Shown here piece by piece: positions 63,481 to 64,000 of a stretch of DNA of 64,000 nt. The DNA is from Octopus sinensis (lineage: Eukaryota): the NCBI RefSeq assembly GCF_006345805.1, contig NC_043009.1, positions 36,394,001 to 36,458,000 of the forward strand, given 5' to 3'. Each line of letters begins with the position of its first letter. Position 1 is the stretch's first letter. The position numbers and the translations under genes were made by a program. The notes below the pieces were generated by a model. The model was not told the DNA's origin. It saw only the letters and a list, made by a program, of their open reading frames with translations, and did no database searches.

Positions 63481-63625
63481 CATCATCATCATTTAGCATC
63501 TGTTTTCCATGCTAACATGGGTTAGCCGGTTTGACTGGAACTGGTAAACCAGAGAGCTGCACCAGGCTCCAGTCTGTTTTGGCTTGATTTCTATGGCTGA
63601 ATGTCCTTCCAAATGCAGAATGTAC
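63481..63625 (-). mobile_element. Degraded RTE-tail element
   Basis: (CAT)n then TTTTCCATGCTAACATGGGTT...GCTGCACCAGGCTCCAGTCTG. Confidence 0.7.
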
Positions 63626-64000
63626 CAGATGCCTTTTATGTATCACTGGCCAACTGATAAAGAAAGTCACTTCATAATGATGAGGCCAACACACAGCACC
63701 CAGAGCAAGTTCCTTGCGGATTATACAGTCAACACTGTTACACATACTGCTATGTCAGACTGTTACAGGCGTCTGTGAGATACTCAGTCACTTAGTTAAT
63801 AATTCAATGAGTCAGCAGTGCAGTTAATTGAAGAACTACAATAATCATGGTCATCAAACCAAAACAGGTTCCTCTTACAACAGAGGATTCCTACCTGTTG
63901 TTTCTGTCATATCCATAAATTCCAATGCTTTGTGTACAGAAAGTAGCATCAATGTCATTTACTAGCACCACAAGGTCATGTCATGTTGCTATGTAAACAA

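Noticed and set aside
63884-64000. Minus-strand ETT G|GTAGGA as the missing PGAP2 upstream exon
   Set aside because: Phase 1 is incompatible with the phase-0 VPNY exon, THC is missing, and there is an in-frame stop 23 codons upstream.

Overview
AT-rich, repeat-dense animal genomic DNA. It is most likely an octopus or other coleoid cephalopod, inferred from the SINE and RTE-tail families and dense (CA)n/(TA)n/(GAT)n microsatellites, not from a database search. Two convergent spliced genes can be reconstructed by hand. LIAS (lipoyl synthase, + strand) has exons 4309-4505 and 6927-7618; its 5' exon(s) were not found. PGAP2 (Frag1/DRAM/Sfk1 family, - strand) has exons 52273-52531, 49275-49390, 43852-43960 and a terminal exon present twice (18876-19018 and 17907-18049) inside a 969-bp tandem duplication; its 5' coding exon was not identified with certainty. 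The rest is intron or intergenic sequence containing Helitrons, hAT and Buster remnants and MITEs, TTAA-flanked MITEs, RTE, R4/Dong and Penelope retroelement remnants, several tRNA-derived SINE families and one solo LTR with a 4-bp TSD. The least explained signals are five unrelated fold-back (hairpin) structures in the ~25-kb last intron of PGAP2, two microsatellite-bounded, near-identical tandem duplications, the intron-poor 3' two-thirds of LIAS, and a LINE/SINE system sharing a stem-loop-rich (GAT)n-terminated 3' tail. Repeat boundaries are approximate unless a TSD or terminus is given.
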